This document shows, one piece after another, positions 1-11,249 of a stretch of 64,000 nucleotides of DNA (positions are counted from its first letter, which is position 1; every line of letters starts with the position of its first letter). Location of the stretch: contig NC_043001.1 in assembly GCF_006345805.1 (NCBI RefSeq), positions 60,698,001 through 60,762,000 on the forward strand, read 5' to 3'. The position numbers and the translations under genes are program-made. The notes below the pieces were generated by a model, which was given only the letters and a program-made list of their open reading frames with translations, was not told the DNA's origin and ran no database searches. Origin of the DNA: Octopus sinensis (Eukaryota).

Positions 1-125
1 TCGACCCCGATAGGATGAAAGGCAAAGCCGATCTCGGCGTAATTTAAACTCAGAACGTAACGGCAGACGAAATACCGCTAAGCATTTCGCCCGGCGTGCT
101 AACGTTTCTGCCAGCTCGCCGCCTT
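1..125 (-). mobile_element. tRNA-derived SINE head (octopod-type), cut by window edge
   Basis: Minus strand reads GGCGGCGAGCTGGCAGAAACGTTAGCACGCCGGGCG...GTTCTGAGTTTAAATT...CCTTTCATCCTATCGGGGTCGA: A-box and B-box-like pol III motifs. A decayed relative lies at about 36510-36670. Confidence 0.7.
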
Positions 126-1683
126 TGTGAATCATATATGTTATATGCTCACGCGGTTACCTCAGTTTGATCCTAGCCGAGTGAATTCCCTCCTCTCTTG
201 GATGCTCATCTTGTTCCCCACTTTCTTCCCACGTTCTTGCTACCTCTCCTTAATCACTTTACCACCACTACACCCGGATTACCATAGGAACTTCATATTT
301 CTCTGATTCTAGTCTCGTTGATCTCCCTGCACACTGCTGTTACTTTGTGATATGATTTAATTCCATATTAAATTCCAATCATTTTTATGTATCGAAATAT
401 GTTTTAGTCTTCAATACTGATTTTCTTAAAGCATTTTCACTGAAATCCTATCTGAAAAAATGTGTTATGAATGACCGACGCTCATGCATTTGAATTGATC
501 TGCTCGATACAAGAGCGCATAACTGCAGTGTTGTCTTTTGGTTGTTTACTATTCGTCAAAATTGTCCCTGCTCCCGTTAGTCCGAATTTTATTGGCTGTT
601 TTTCAAATGTTTGTTATTTTTCTCTTCCTCCCTTATATCTGTACTTAGAAATTAGTTATGTATCAATTTTCTTCATACAAACTTATATACTCTTGACTTT
701 TTAGTGATGTTTTTGGTATGTCTGATTATTTTTGATGTAAACCTTTTACCGTCTTTCGAAGAATCAACGATTATACAAGAAGCTATATGCTTCCAGTTAT
801 TTTTGTCATGTTATATTCTCCGTGTGGGAGGTTGTGGCGACTTTTAAGTTGCACTGCAAACAATGTTAGCGCAGACAATCTGGCACGTCCGTTGTATTTT
901 CAGTATTATGTACTGTAGTATTTATTATCTCTTTTGAAAAAATAAACGAATTCTAACGTATTTTACTTTCTTCTGTTAAGTACCTATTTCTTTGTTTTAC
1001 TTTCAATAAGCGCAAACAAACATGGCACCACATTTCAGATTTTAGCTTTTTTTTCAATTCGGGGTTTAATTTTAATTGAATTATTTTGATGAGTATCATA
1101 AGTAGGTTAAAATTTATATCTTTGTAATTATTGCAATCAAGATTTTCAATTTATATTGTAGTTGAGTCATTAGTTACACATCATTTGTAGGATGATCGTT
1201 TTACTAGCAATCTAAGGTTCATCAACGAATAATAAATGTTCGGAATGCAATCATTATAGAAAATTTAAGAATAAATGGATTTTAGTAAAATAATCCGAGA
1301 TTTTGTTTAAGAAAGAAGCAATGAACATTTAAATATAGCTAATACCAGTAAAGTGGATTTGATAGAATCGCTGTTTGTATAATTCACTCTAGTCTTTCAT
1401 TTATCGTAGTTTTGGTTTGCAATTAGAAGATGTATCTCGCTTTGTCTGGCAATTATATTGAATGAATATTTAATGACGGTACTTTTTTGTTTCTACTAAA
1501 AGTTCTTTGTTTCCAATATCGAAGAAGCATTAAATCAACAATTATATACATTTTAGTTTCCATTTGTCCAACTGAAAGGTTGTTGATGTCTATGAAAATC
1601 ATTTCGTATCAGTTTTTGTTCTAAAATTATGATTTTGTGTTGTATGATATATATTTTTGTAAACATAGGAGTAAGAATGCATG

Positions 1684-1995
1684 TTTGTATGTACGTATGT
1701 ATGTATGTATATATGTATGTATGAATGTATGTATATATGTATGTATATCTGTATGTATGCATGCATTCATGCATGTATGTATGTATGTATATATGCATGC
1801 ATGTACGTATATAGTTAGCTAGCTAGCTAGCTAGCTACATAGATAAATAAATATATAGATAGATACATATATACATACATACATACAAACATACACACAT
1901 ACATAGATGCATACATACGTACATACATACATACATACATACATACATACATACATACTACATACATACATACATACATACATAGACATACATAT
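1684..1995. repeat. (ATGT)n/(TACA)n compound microsatellite with an (AGCT)n switch point
   Basis: Directly visible; accounts for the spurious YVCM-type ORFs here. Confidence 0.95.
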
Positions 1996-2029
1996 AGTTA
2001 TAGAGAGACTGAAAGACACATCTATATAT

Positions 2030-2175
2030 GTATGGTAAGAACTTTACTTCCCAGCCACATGTTTCCTGGTTCAGGCCAAATGCGTTGTACTTGGGTAAGT
2101 AACTACCATTATAACCTCGGGCTGACCAAAGCCTTGTGAGTAAATATGGTAGACGGAAACTAAAACACTGGTAGA
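2030..2175 (+). mobile_element. tRNA-derived SINE, decayed 5' part (family of 26843-27240)
   Basis: TGGTAAG...CCACATG...GGTTCAGG...TTGGGTAAGT...CCAAAGCCTTGTGAGT...GGTAGACGGAAACT aligns by eye to 26850-26990. Confidence 0.75.
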
Positions 2176-2264
2176 CCCGGATGATGATGGTTGCAGGTTC
2201 CTTGAGATCTAGGAGCGGGACAATATCTTGTACTGAGAAATGAAAAACAAGGATAAGATAGTTT

Positions 2265-2392
2265 GGGCTTTGAATAATCCATTCCTGGAAACATGGGTAT
2301 TTCATTTATCGTCCTCACACAAACATTATTTATAGATCTTTTGAGCGGGTTCGGCTACTAGAACTCACGAAAATTTTGATTGGGCCTCACCT
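2265..2392. mobile_element. Decayed fragment of the interspersed element at 15746-16416
   Basis: TTTGGGCTTTGAATA...CTGGAAACATGGGT...TTTGAGCGGG...GGCTACT...GAAAATT...TGGGCCTCACCT is collinear with about 16117-16247. Confidence 0.7.
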
Positions 2393-2419
2393 TCATATTT
2401 CTACTCTATTTATCTTGTT

Positions 2420-4228
2420 ATAAGTTCTCTATGTTGAAGAAAACAGACTAGGACCTAGCACTTCTTGGTATCTAAAATTAAATCGAAGGAGAATGCAAGA
2501 AACACCAGAAGAACAGGGGTACGAGGAAATGTAGATCGGCTGAGAAGACAGGCAATCTGTGCAATGGAAAGACCAGGAAATAAACAGAATCACGAAGGAA
2601 TGTGAATCGGCAGAGAACACAAGAAACATCAGAGAAAATGCAAGAAACCCGTGCAATGGAAACTTCAGAAGAACAGAGGTACAAGGAAATGTAGATCGAC
2701 TGAGAATACAGAGAAGCTGTGCAATGGAAACACCACAAGAAACAGAAGTACGGAGAAATGCTGATCGGCTGAGGAAAGAGGACTCTAGTGAAAACAGGTC
2801 GCTGCCACAAATTCAGCAGTGACAAGCAAACATCCAGGTACGATACCATTCGAGACTTAGTCAACAAAAAACTGACACTGAGAGAATGGATATGGTAGTT
2901 GATGCGGCAGATTTTCATGAGAAAGAACGAAACCCAAGCCTTTTGTTGCATTACTGTAGAAACATTTTTAACAGAAAATGCCCTGACTGCAAAACTTACC
3001 TTTGAGGTGTTGCGAAAACTACTCTCTGCTGTGGCAATGGAAAAATTAGCAATGACAAAGTTCCACAGATAAAAAGCCCCCACAATTAACAGCTAAGTAT
3101 TATGACGTTAATCTATGCAGTTAAATATTTCTGAACAAAATTTGTGATTACAATAATTTATTGGCTATGGCTTCACTTCGACTGGATAATCCACCAGATG
3201 AACCACTGGGTGGTAGCACGTTTATGCCTACTTTATAGAAGGAAATATGTACCACCTCACAGGAAGTATCCTACCAGCAGTGATTACGAAGCCAGTCTAC
3301 GCACTACTATATATTTCGTTGGCAGTGAAATTGAGATGAGAAACAGCTCAACAGTCAGAGGAGCTGACAATGACCTTAATGAGAACATCCTGGTAGACCT
3401 GAGAGAGCAATGCATATGCACAATCTATATGTCAAAAGTTTTAAACAGGCTGCTGATATAATTAAGGAAGACTCTGCATTAGGAAAATGTTCTACCGGTG
3501 ATATTACTTTAAGTCATGACAAACAGCTTATTCCTGCTGGGTCACATGAGAGAACCTATACTCCACCGACTGCATCAGATGGTGCTGTGGTCATGGTGGG
3601 AGCTGATACCAATAATCCAAACATTAAACCTGCGGATGCTGTTCTGTAGTAGAGAGGGAGTGAGAGAGCAAGGGGGAGTTAGACTACATTAGTCAAATCT
3701 ATAGAAGCATTGACCCTCTTCATTATGTACTTCTCTTCCCCTCTGAAGAAGATGGCTAGAATGTGATCTTCAAGGACAATAACCAAAGACTTTTATTATT
3801 ATCAGCTTCAGGTAAGAAAGAACGAGTTCAATGGCACAAGGAAACGTAGGCGTCTGATGCAACAGTATGCAGTGAATGAATTTGCTAAGATGGAGCAAGA
3901 TCGATTACACTTCCTGAGAACTCATCAGAAACAGCTTATGGCTGAAAAGTACTTCTGGATGCTATTGCAAATGGTGACATGAATGACGTAGGGTAAAAGA
4001 TCATTCTTCTGCTATCACACACGGGTTGTCCTCGGTTATAAAAGGAGTGTTTCCAAGTGGCTCTTGTGAGAGAGTTTGAAAATCCAGACTGTTTTCATCA
4101 CTATGACAATCAGAAGGATGATCTCTAAAGGAAGAAGGTATTGGGAAAAGTAGTAGTACATGTCTCTACAATTGAACAGCAGAGGAGAGGTCTGTCCCAT
4201 GTCCACATATTTTTTATCCCCCACACTG
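2420..4228 (+). mobile_element. Helitron RepHel pseudogene (N-terminal repeats, Zn finger, Rep motifs)
   Basis: Translated pieces: repeated AMETPQETEVRRNADRLR units; HYC...KCPDCK...LCCGNGK Zn finger; HERTYTPPT; DPLHYVLLFP; RLMQQYAVNEFAKMEQDRL; VSTIEQQRRGLSHVHI (Helitron Rep motif, consensus EFQKRGLPHAH). Many stops and frameshifts. Confidence 0.82.
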
Positions 4229-4559
4229 GTCTTAGGCACTTTTCCATCTGTGCCTGCATCCCTCGCTCCAGTTTCCAGGTTTTTGATACAGCAGTGATCT
4301 TGCTAGTATTGCTGTGTTTTTTATGTCATTGTTCTCTTTTGTTATTGTTACATTTGTTGTGGTTGTTGTTATTGCCATGGCTGCTGTTCTTACTGGTATT
4401 GATGCTGCTGTTGTTGTTAACTGCTTGTTCTTTTCAAAGGACGAATCATTTTTGTCTGCCATCTTTCTTTCATGAAACAAAAGTACAATGGAGTACTGAG
4501 GTTGATGTGATCGAATAGCTCTGCTCCCAACAAAATTCAGGTCCCAATAGCGAGGCAGT

Positions 4560-5025
4560 CTACTTAGGTTAATCCAAGGTAAACCTAACCCCAAATCCCG
4601 GATTATTCTGCCAAGATATTCGAAAATGCTCTCTTCCAGATTCTTTCCTCTTGCTTAGAAAAGCATACCTAGAGTCGGTCCATTCGGCATCACCAGTCTT
4701 GCCATTGATAAACACACTAGAAGACAACAGCTCCCTTTCTTCTCTTACCTTCATCTTGAAATGATATTTGAAGAAATTGATGAGAGCTTGGCCAGATAGG
4801 CCTGTCTTCAAACCTTTCAAACAGGTCAACCACATAACCTCTTTTGCCACAGCCACTGAACAGAGGAAGATCTGCCCGCCTTCTCATCTAAGAGAGGTTG
4901 GTGTGTCTATGTTTGCTATACACTCGTCAAGCAACTAAATTTCTTTTACACGCGACAACTGCTACCCCACACAATCCCACAAGTTTTCAATGCACGGGCA
5001 CTGAATTATAGCATGCAGAACGACT
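4560..5025 (-). mobile_element. Tx1/L1-group LINE, 5'-truncated 3' fragment
   Basis: VVLHAIIQCP...VAKEVMWLTCLKGLK...LINFFKYHFKMKVREER is homologous to the ORF2 C-terminus at 5687-6080. The 5' junction abuts (AAT)n. Confidence 0.85.
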
Positions 5026-5026
5026 A

Positions 5027-5028
<2 letters not shown>

Positions 5029-5078
<50 letters not shown>

Positions 5079-5107
5079 TGATGATGATGATGATGATAAT
5101 AATAATA

Positions 5108-5157
<50 letters not shown>

Positions 5158-5357
5158 TCTATGTAATCTCAAGTTTTAAAACAAACATAATTTTCGTATG
5201 GTTTTTTAGACATTCACTAGTACAACACTAACTACAAAACCAAATATATAGCACTCTAGGCATAACACTAATATGGACTTCCAACTTGTTGTCTCTTGAG
5301 GTCTCTGGGTGAGACTTGAAGCCAGCTTGTTCAAATGTAAAGCAAAAGTCAAAAATA

Positions 5358-5426
<69 letters not shown>

Positions 5427-5430
5427 TAAT
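5029..5430. repeat. Two (AAT)n tracts (5029-5154, 5359-5430) bracketing a 200-bp insert, probably a LINE 3' end
   Basis: Tracts directly visible. The insert ends GTCAAAAATAG(AAT)n; its LINE origin is inferred. Confidence 0.7.
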
Positions 5431-5686
5431 TAATTATTTTTTATTGGCCACAAGGGCTGACACGCATGATTTGAAACATGAAGGGAGAATACAGGACGAA
5501 AGGTTACAAAGGGTTTTGTCCGTTTTTGAAAAACATCGAGTAAAAACTTAATAACATTTAAAACATTTAACAATGAAAAACTCCCAAAAGGGGGAGACGT
5601 TTCGAAAGGTTCCTGGTGGAAAAAACCATACAAAAAAGGGGTGTAGAGAGTCCCTTTTTTTCTCCTTTTGTATTACTTTCTGGAAA

Positions 5687-8600
5687 TCACAGGCGAAACC
5701 TGAGAACTGGTCCATTTATACTGGCCAGTCTCGCACAATTCACCCACCTTTCATAAAACTTGCTATCGGACAGCACTTTCCTCTCTAACCTCATCTTCCT
5801 TTTCAAGTGAAACTTGAAAAAGTTGATGAGGCCTTGACCAAAGAGGAAAGTGTCTGCCTTTAGCCCTTTCAAACGAGTCCACCACACAACTTCTTTCGCT
5901 ACAACCACTAGGCATAAGAAAACGGCCTCGCCCACCTTGTTAAAGGAGGTCGGCGGGGCAATCTTCACTATGGATTCGGCTGATAGTCGGATCCGTCCTA
6001 CACGTGACAGTAGCTATTCGACATAAACACATATTTCAGCAATACTCGGGCACTGGACTAGTGCGTGCAGAACGGTTTCGTCGTCCTGGCAACACCTCGG
6101 GCAGTCCCGGCTGACGGCACTTCCGTGCCGGTAGAGTTTATCTCGAACAGGCAGAGCCCCTCGGTAGCACTGCCAGGCGAGCGACCTCTGGAAATTATCC
6201 ATCGGCCCCGGCCCGAAAGTCCTCCCGAACAGACCGCTCAGTTCGTCGTCTTCAACGCCTAGAGTTTCCCCGAGAACGTCGTCGCATTTTTCCTCCACTA
6301 ACCCTCTATAGAACGCTAGAGTGGAGCTGTAACCGATCGCATTGCCCGCCTGACGGAGGGCGGAGAGTGCTTGACGGCACTCGAGGTGCCAAGCGCCCTT
6401 TCTCGGTCTACGTTTCATCTAGGTCTGCAGCTCTGTCAAAGAGACGAGCTGCGGAAAATCGCGTCTGACAAAAGACGACCACACCTGTTCACCGTCTAGG
6501 AAGCGCTTGAGATGCCGCAGCCTGAGCGCATGTCTGCGCAACAGCAACCACGGCATTCCAAGGCCTCCGTTCAGCGGTCGTTAACAGCAGATGGATCGCC
6601 TGACCAGTGGCACCTGACCCTTCCACAAAAAGTCGAAGAGCAGGCGTACCTGCTTGGCCAACCAGCGGTCGGGACAAGGGACGACGGTCAAGCGGTAATA
6701 GATAACGGATGCGATGTACGCATTCGCCACCTCCGCTCGACTTTTCAGGGACAGCTTCCTCTCGGCCCATTTCTGGGTGAGACGTGCCACCCTGCTCGTC
6801 ACCTCTTCCCAGTTCTTATCCACCTGGAGGTCCGGACCGAACCAGACCCCGAGCAGTTTAACGGGTCCGTCTGTCCAGCGCCCTACGACGCTGTTGGACG
6901 GCATGGGCTTGCCTCTCCAGGTGCCCAGTTGCAAGCCCACAGACTTTTCCGCGTTAATCTTTGCCCTGTCACCGCTTCGTACTGGTTTAGTGTCTCGCCA
7001 ATCAGGCCAATGTGCCTGTGGCTCGACACCACCACGGTGACGTCGTCGGCTTAGGCAGACACGCTGTTTCCGCCTCCTAGATCGCGCGGGATACCCCTCA
7101 AAGCCTCCAAATTGCGCAGTAATGGCTCAAGAGTCAAAATGTACAAGAGGGAGAAGAGATGGCATCCTTGGCGGACCGAACGCGAGATGTCGAACGGTTC
7201 CGAAAAGAGACCGTTCACCCGTATCACCGAGCAGATGTTGCTGTATAAAGCAGCTATCCAACCGCGGAACACTGGACCGAAGCCGGCTGCCTTGAGGACA
7301 GCTGCCAGGTACCGATGGTCGACCCTATCGAAGGCTTTACTCTGATCCAAATTGATCAAAGCCCCACCCGCACCAGCGTCGTTACCCACCCTCTCTATGA
7401 TGTAGCGCATGAGATGGAGGTTGTCGTGTGTCGACCTGGTCGGCACGGCGCATGTCTGCGTCTTGCCGACCAGCTTGTCCACGACAAGCGCCAATCTCTT
7501 GGCTAGCACCTTGGCCAAATTCTTCAACTCTGCATTGAGCAGAGTGATGGGACGGAAATTCTTGTTTGGGTCCTTCTTCAGCAAAGCCACCACCCCTCGA
7601 CAGACAAAAGCAGGAATTCTCCCGTTTTGCTGCCAGTTGCAGTAGACGTTTGCCAACAGGCCCGCAAACAAGTCTGGCATTGAAAAGTAAAGCTCGTAGG
7701 TCAGACCATCCAAACCCGGCGATCTACCTCTCGTGCAACTATTCATCGCTTCTCCCACTTCCCAGGCAGATATCGGTCCTTCGCAGCACTCTGCCTCGCT
7801 GTCCGAGAGTTGCGGTAGGCCGTCCAGGTACACACCAAAGTCTGCACCGTTGTCCGTTCCACCGCTCGTCCCAAACAGTTGAGCAAAGTGCCGCTGAAGC
7901 ACAGTACACATCTGCTTCGGTTCGGTAACCTCGCGCCCGTTCTGGTCCACCAAAGACCGGCTCTAGTCCCCTCCCCGCTTAGCGAACGTGCCTTAGCTCT
8001 GACAACGCAGCCTTCGTGTTTGGCGTCAAAGTGTTGGTCGAGGGCCAACCTTGCCGCCAACACGTCGGTCGCGATGCCAGTGTCAAGAGCCTCGTCTAGT
8101 TTCTTAACTAAATCCCGCTCTCTCTTCCTACGTTCAATAGCTAGAGTCTTACTATACCTAATCGATTCTACTCTAATTGCTCTCTTGAGGGCAAACCACC
8201 AGTTGTTGTTGATGATTGCCCCCGTGAGCGCCCGCTTAACTAGTAAACTAATCCGGTCTCTGTAAGCTTTGCACGCCGTTAACGACGCGTTCAGCTTCCA
8301 GTAGCCGGGTCCCTGTCTATGTAGCCTACCTAAGTCGACCGTACAGATCACTAATTTGTGGTCCGTATAGTCGACTAGGTGGAATTGTGAACACCCTACG
8401 CCGTCCTTATCCGCTGGCCTACAAAACACTCTATCTAAGTACGATCTAGACGACCCGATGCGGTTGGTCCAAGTCCACATTGGCACATTCGGGTTGTCTA
8501 GTCGAAACCTGTCGGACAGCTGAAAGCGGCCGAGTAGGTTGGCGAGGCTCTTGCACCCTCCCCCTCTCCTATCAGACGCTCCCCTGCCCACCCGATCGAA

Positions 8601-9050
8601 ACGTTCGTCTAAGACAGCGTTCCAATCCCCAACTAGCACTAGAGTGCGTGACGTTCCCAGGAAAACATCCAGACGTTTGAAATAATCCGACTGCCCTGCT
8701 CCTGTCGGAGCGTAGGCAGCCAGCAGTCTGAAAGCACCGCCGTCACTACCGTCCACGTCGAGGACCACCAACTTACCTTCCGGATCCAAGAAGACTGTCC
8801 TTATTTTCAAGTCCAGGCCCTTCCAAAACAACACCGCAGTACCACCACCGCCCGCTCCCGGCCGACACGGAGATAGAAATATCTCGTATCCGCCGAAAAG
8901 TGCTGCGAGTTCCTGCGGGTCGGAGAGCCTGGTTTCACTGATGGCTGCTACATCCACATCATGAAACCTCAGGTCGTTTAACAGGTGACCCTGTTTCCAA
9001 GGTGACCCGAGGCCTCTCACATTCAAGCAACCGATTCTAAGATTTGCCAT
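5687..9050 (-). pseudogene. Tx1-group ORF2 (AP endonuclease, reverse transcriptase, Zn finger), disrupted
   Basis: MANLRIGCLNVRGL; AISET; VLVGDWN; SYLDRV; TDHKLV; PGYWKLN; SPGLDGL; NFRPITLLN; LDQSKAFDRVDH; VRQGCHL; SA*ADD; CPRC..DDETVLHALVQC. Frameshifts near 7960 and downstream. Confidence 0.93.
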
Positions 9051-9121
9051 GCTTCAAAAGTAAGGAAAAAAAAAAGGAGGAGAAAAAGGCTCTACTTACT
9101 GTTGTTTGTGGTGGGGGTGGC

Positions 9122-9872
9122 TCACTTGTGCTTTTGCACGGGTGCTTCCAAAATATTTTTATACAGTTTCTTAGAGAAACTTTTCCCTAACGATCCCACA
9201 TCGTTAGGGAATATTTGTTTAATTTCGTTGTATGTTTTTGTGTTTATTTTTATTGTGAGAATGTGTGCTGGTGGTGTGTTGTGTCTTGGTATAACAAAAT
9301 CTGTTATACTTGTACTGGTTGTGTTTTTCAAATACTCAACCAATTCCTGGTTTCTTGTATTTATTAATGTAAGTGCGTCTGTGTGTGTTTGAGCGTTTGG
9401 CAGTGACAGTAGTGGTGTCGTAAGTGTTGTTGTTGTTTGTTGTTGTGAATGTGTGTTGTCGTTGTTGTTGTTGTTGATGTTTGGAAGCACTATTTGTTCG
9501 TGCTTCCCCTGTGTGTCTTTTTGTTTTCTCCTCCTTTTCTTTTTTGGAGGCATCGTGTTCCACTCTCCTTTGTCGGAATCAGTGCTCGCACAATCCGAGC
9601 ACTCTTCATCCGGCAAAGGAATAGTTGAGGGGTCTGCTTCAGCAGCAGGACGAAAAGTTGTTGGTTCCGCCGGTATCGGTGGTGCCGCTGCTCCTGTTGC
9701 TGTTGATGGTGCTGCTGTGGACCTTCTAGGTACTGGTGTTGGTGTTGGTTTGGTGGTTGTTGCTGTTGGAGGTGGTGTTGTTCGTCTTGGTGCTGGTGAT
9801 GGTGTTGGTGGTGTGGCAGCCTTTGGTGTTTCGTGCTGTTTCTGTTGATGTTGTTTCTGTTGTTGTTGTTTA

Positions 9873-9912
<40 letters not shown>

Positions 9913-10982
9913 GCTGCTGCCTCTTGCTGTATGCCTCCATTCTCTTTTTTTGAATGGGGCAGTCCCTCTTTAAGTGGCTTTCGCTGCTGCAGAGGAAACA
10001 TTTTGGCTTTCGCCCCTCTACAGCAACGTTTAGCCTGGTGCCGTCCGGCAAACTAACGAAATCTGGGACCTTGCTGATATTTTCTTGCTGAATCTGAGCA
10101 AGAAGCAGCACTCCCATCTCCAACCAGTTTTTTCCCTGACTCTCCTGACATCCAGAATGGTGGTAGTGTCCTATATGTCATAGAGGACAGCTGCCACGAG
10201 CCATGACATATCGAGTTCAGGCGGTACGCGGTCAATTTTATTTTTGTCACGCTTCTTCCGAGGTGGGTTGGAACGAGTAACAAACTCTCTGTTTGCAAGG
10301 GCGAAATGGCGTCCGCCCTTGCTTGCTCCTCTGTTGGGAAGCAAACCTCCACGGTTCCGAAACGCTTCCCCTTGGTTACGTAGCTCTTTTGGGCCCAAAT
10401 GGGCTTTAGAGCTATCTCTAACTGTTGGGGTGTGGCGTTTGTCATTCTTTTGTATTTTCTGTCGAAAACCTTGTATGTGATTGTTTTTTTGTTTGTGTCT
10501 TCAATCACCCCTTGTGGAGTATTGAGGAAGATGCTGTTGCCATCCTTCCTCAACAACTCCTTTGCTTTTTTAATGTCTTGTAAAGTAATCTTTACTTTCT
10601 CCGAAATTTGCTTCGCAGCAGAAGCAAAATCGTTGGAAGTTTTTTCATTTTTCTCTGTGTTCCTGTTTCTGTTTGTCTTTGTTATAATTTTCCTTTCCTC
10701 CCCCTTCGGTACGACATCACATGTTGAAGGCAGAGGGGGGAAATCGGGAGTGACATCGAACGCGACGTCCTGGTTAGCATTCTCTTTTCGAACGGCGCGC
10801 GTGCTTTCCGTTTCGGAAGGAGGATCTCTGTTGCCTTTTACGGCGCGTAGTAGGTATTTTTTTGGTGTAGTTTGTGATAATGTGTGTGTTTGCGGAGGGA
10901 ATGTATTTGGAAGGAAGGAACAGCTGACTGCTCGCTTCATAGCCATTTTTTTGTTTAAATGTTTGATTTTTACAATGTTCAA
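9122..10982 (-). pseudogene. Tx1-group ORF1 (gag-like, CX2CX4HX4C knuckle, polyQ and P/T-rich linker)
   Basis: ORFs 10053-10982, 10171-10398 and 9122-10123 join through one frameshift (about 10240) and one TAG (10171). Motif CFLCSSESHLKRDC. Confidence 0.88.
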
Positions 10983-11175
10983 AAAGTTTAAAACGTAATT
11001 TCATCCCAATGGGGTAAAATTTTGCCTAGCCAACCAGCTTCGTACGAAGTTAGTCGGCTTGGCCACACAAATATTAAAAAATATTTTAACTCACAACCAA
11101 ATTTCCAATGAAATTGGCACAAAAATCACAGAGCTTCTGGAGACACGTCCATCCGCGTTGGAAGAAATAATAATA

Positions 11176-11242
<67 letters not shown>

Positions 11243-11249
11243 AAGGTAG

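Larger units (their letters stand above)
5433..11165 (-). mobile_element. Full-length Tx1/L1-group non-LTR retrotransposon (inactivated), flanked by (AAT)n on both sides
   Basis: 5' UTR, ORF1 with CCHC knuckle, ORF2 (APE-RT-Zn finger), 3' UTR with AATAAA just before an (ATT)n tail. Confidence 0.93.

Noticed and set aside
1553-2019. ORFs rich in Y/I/C/V/L/N here and at other microsatellites
   Set aside because: Translations of simple repeats that lack stop codons.
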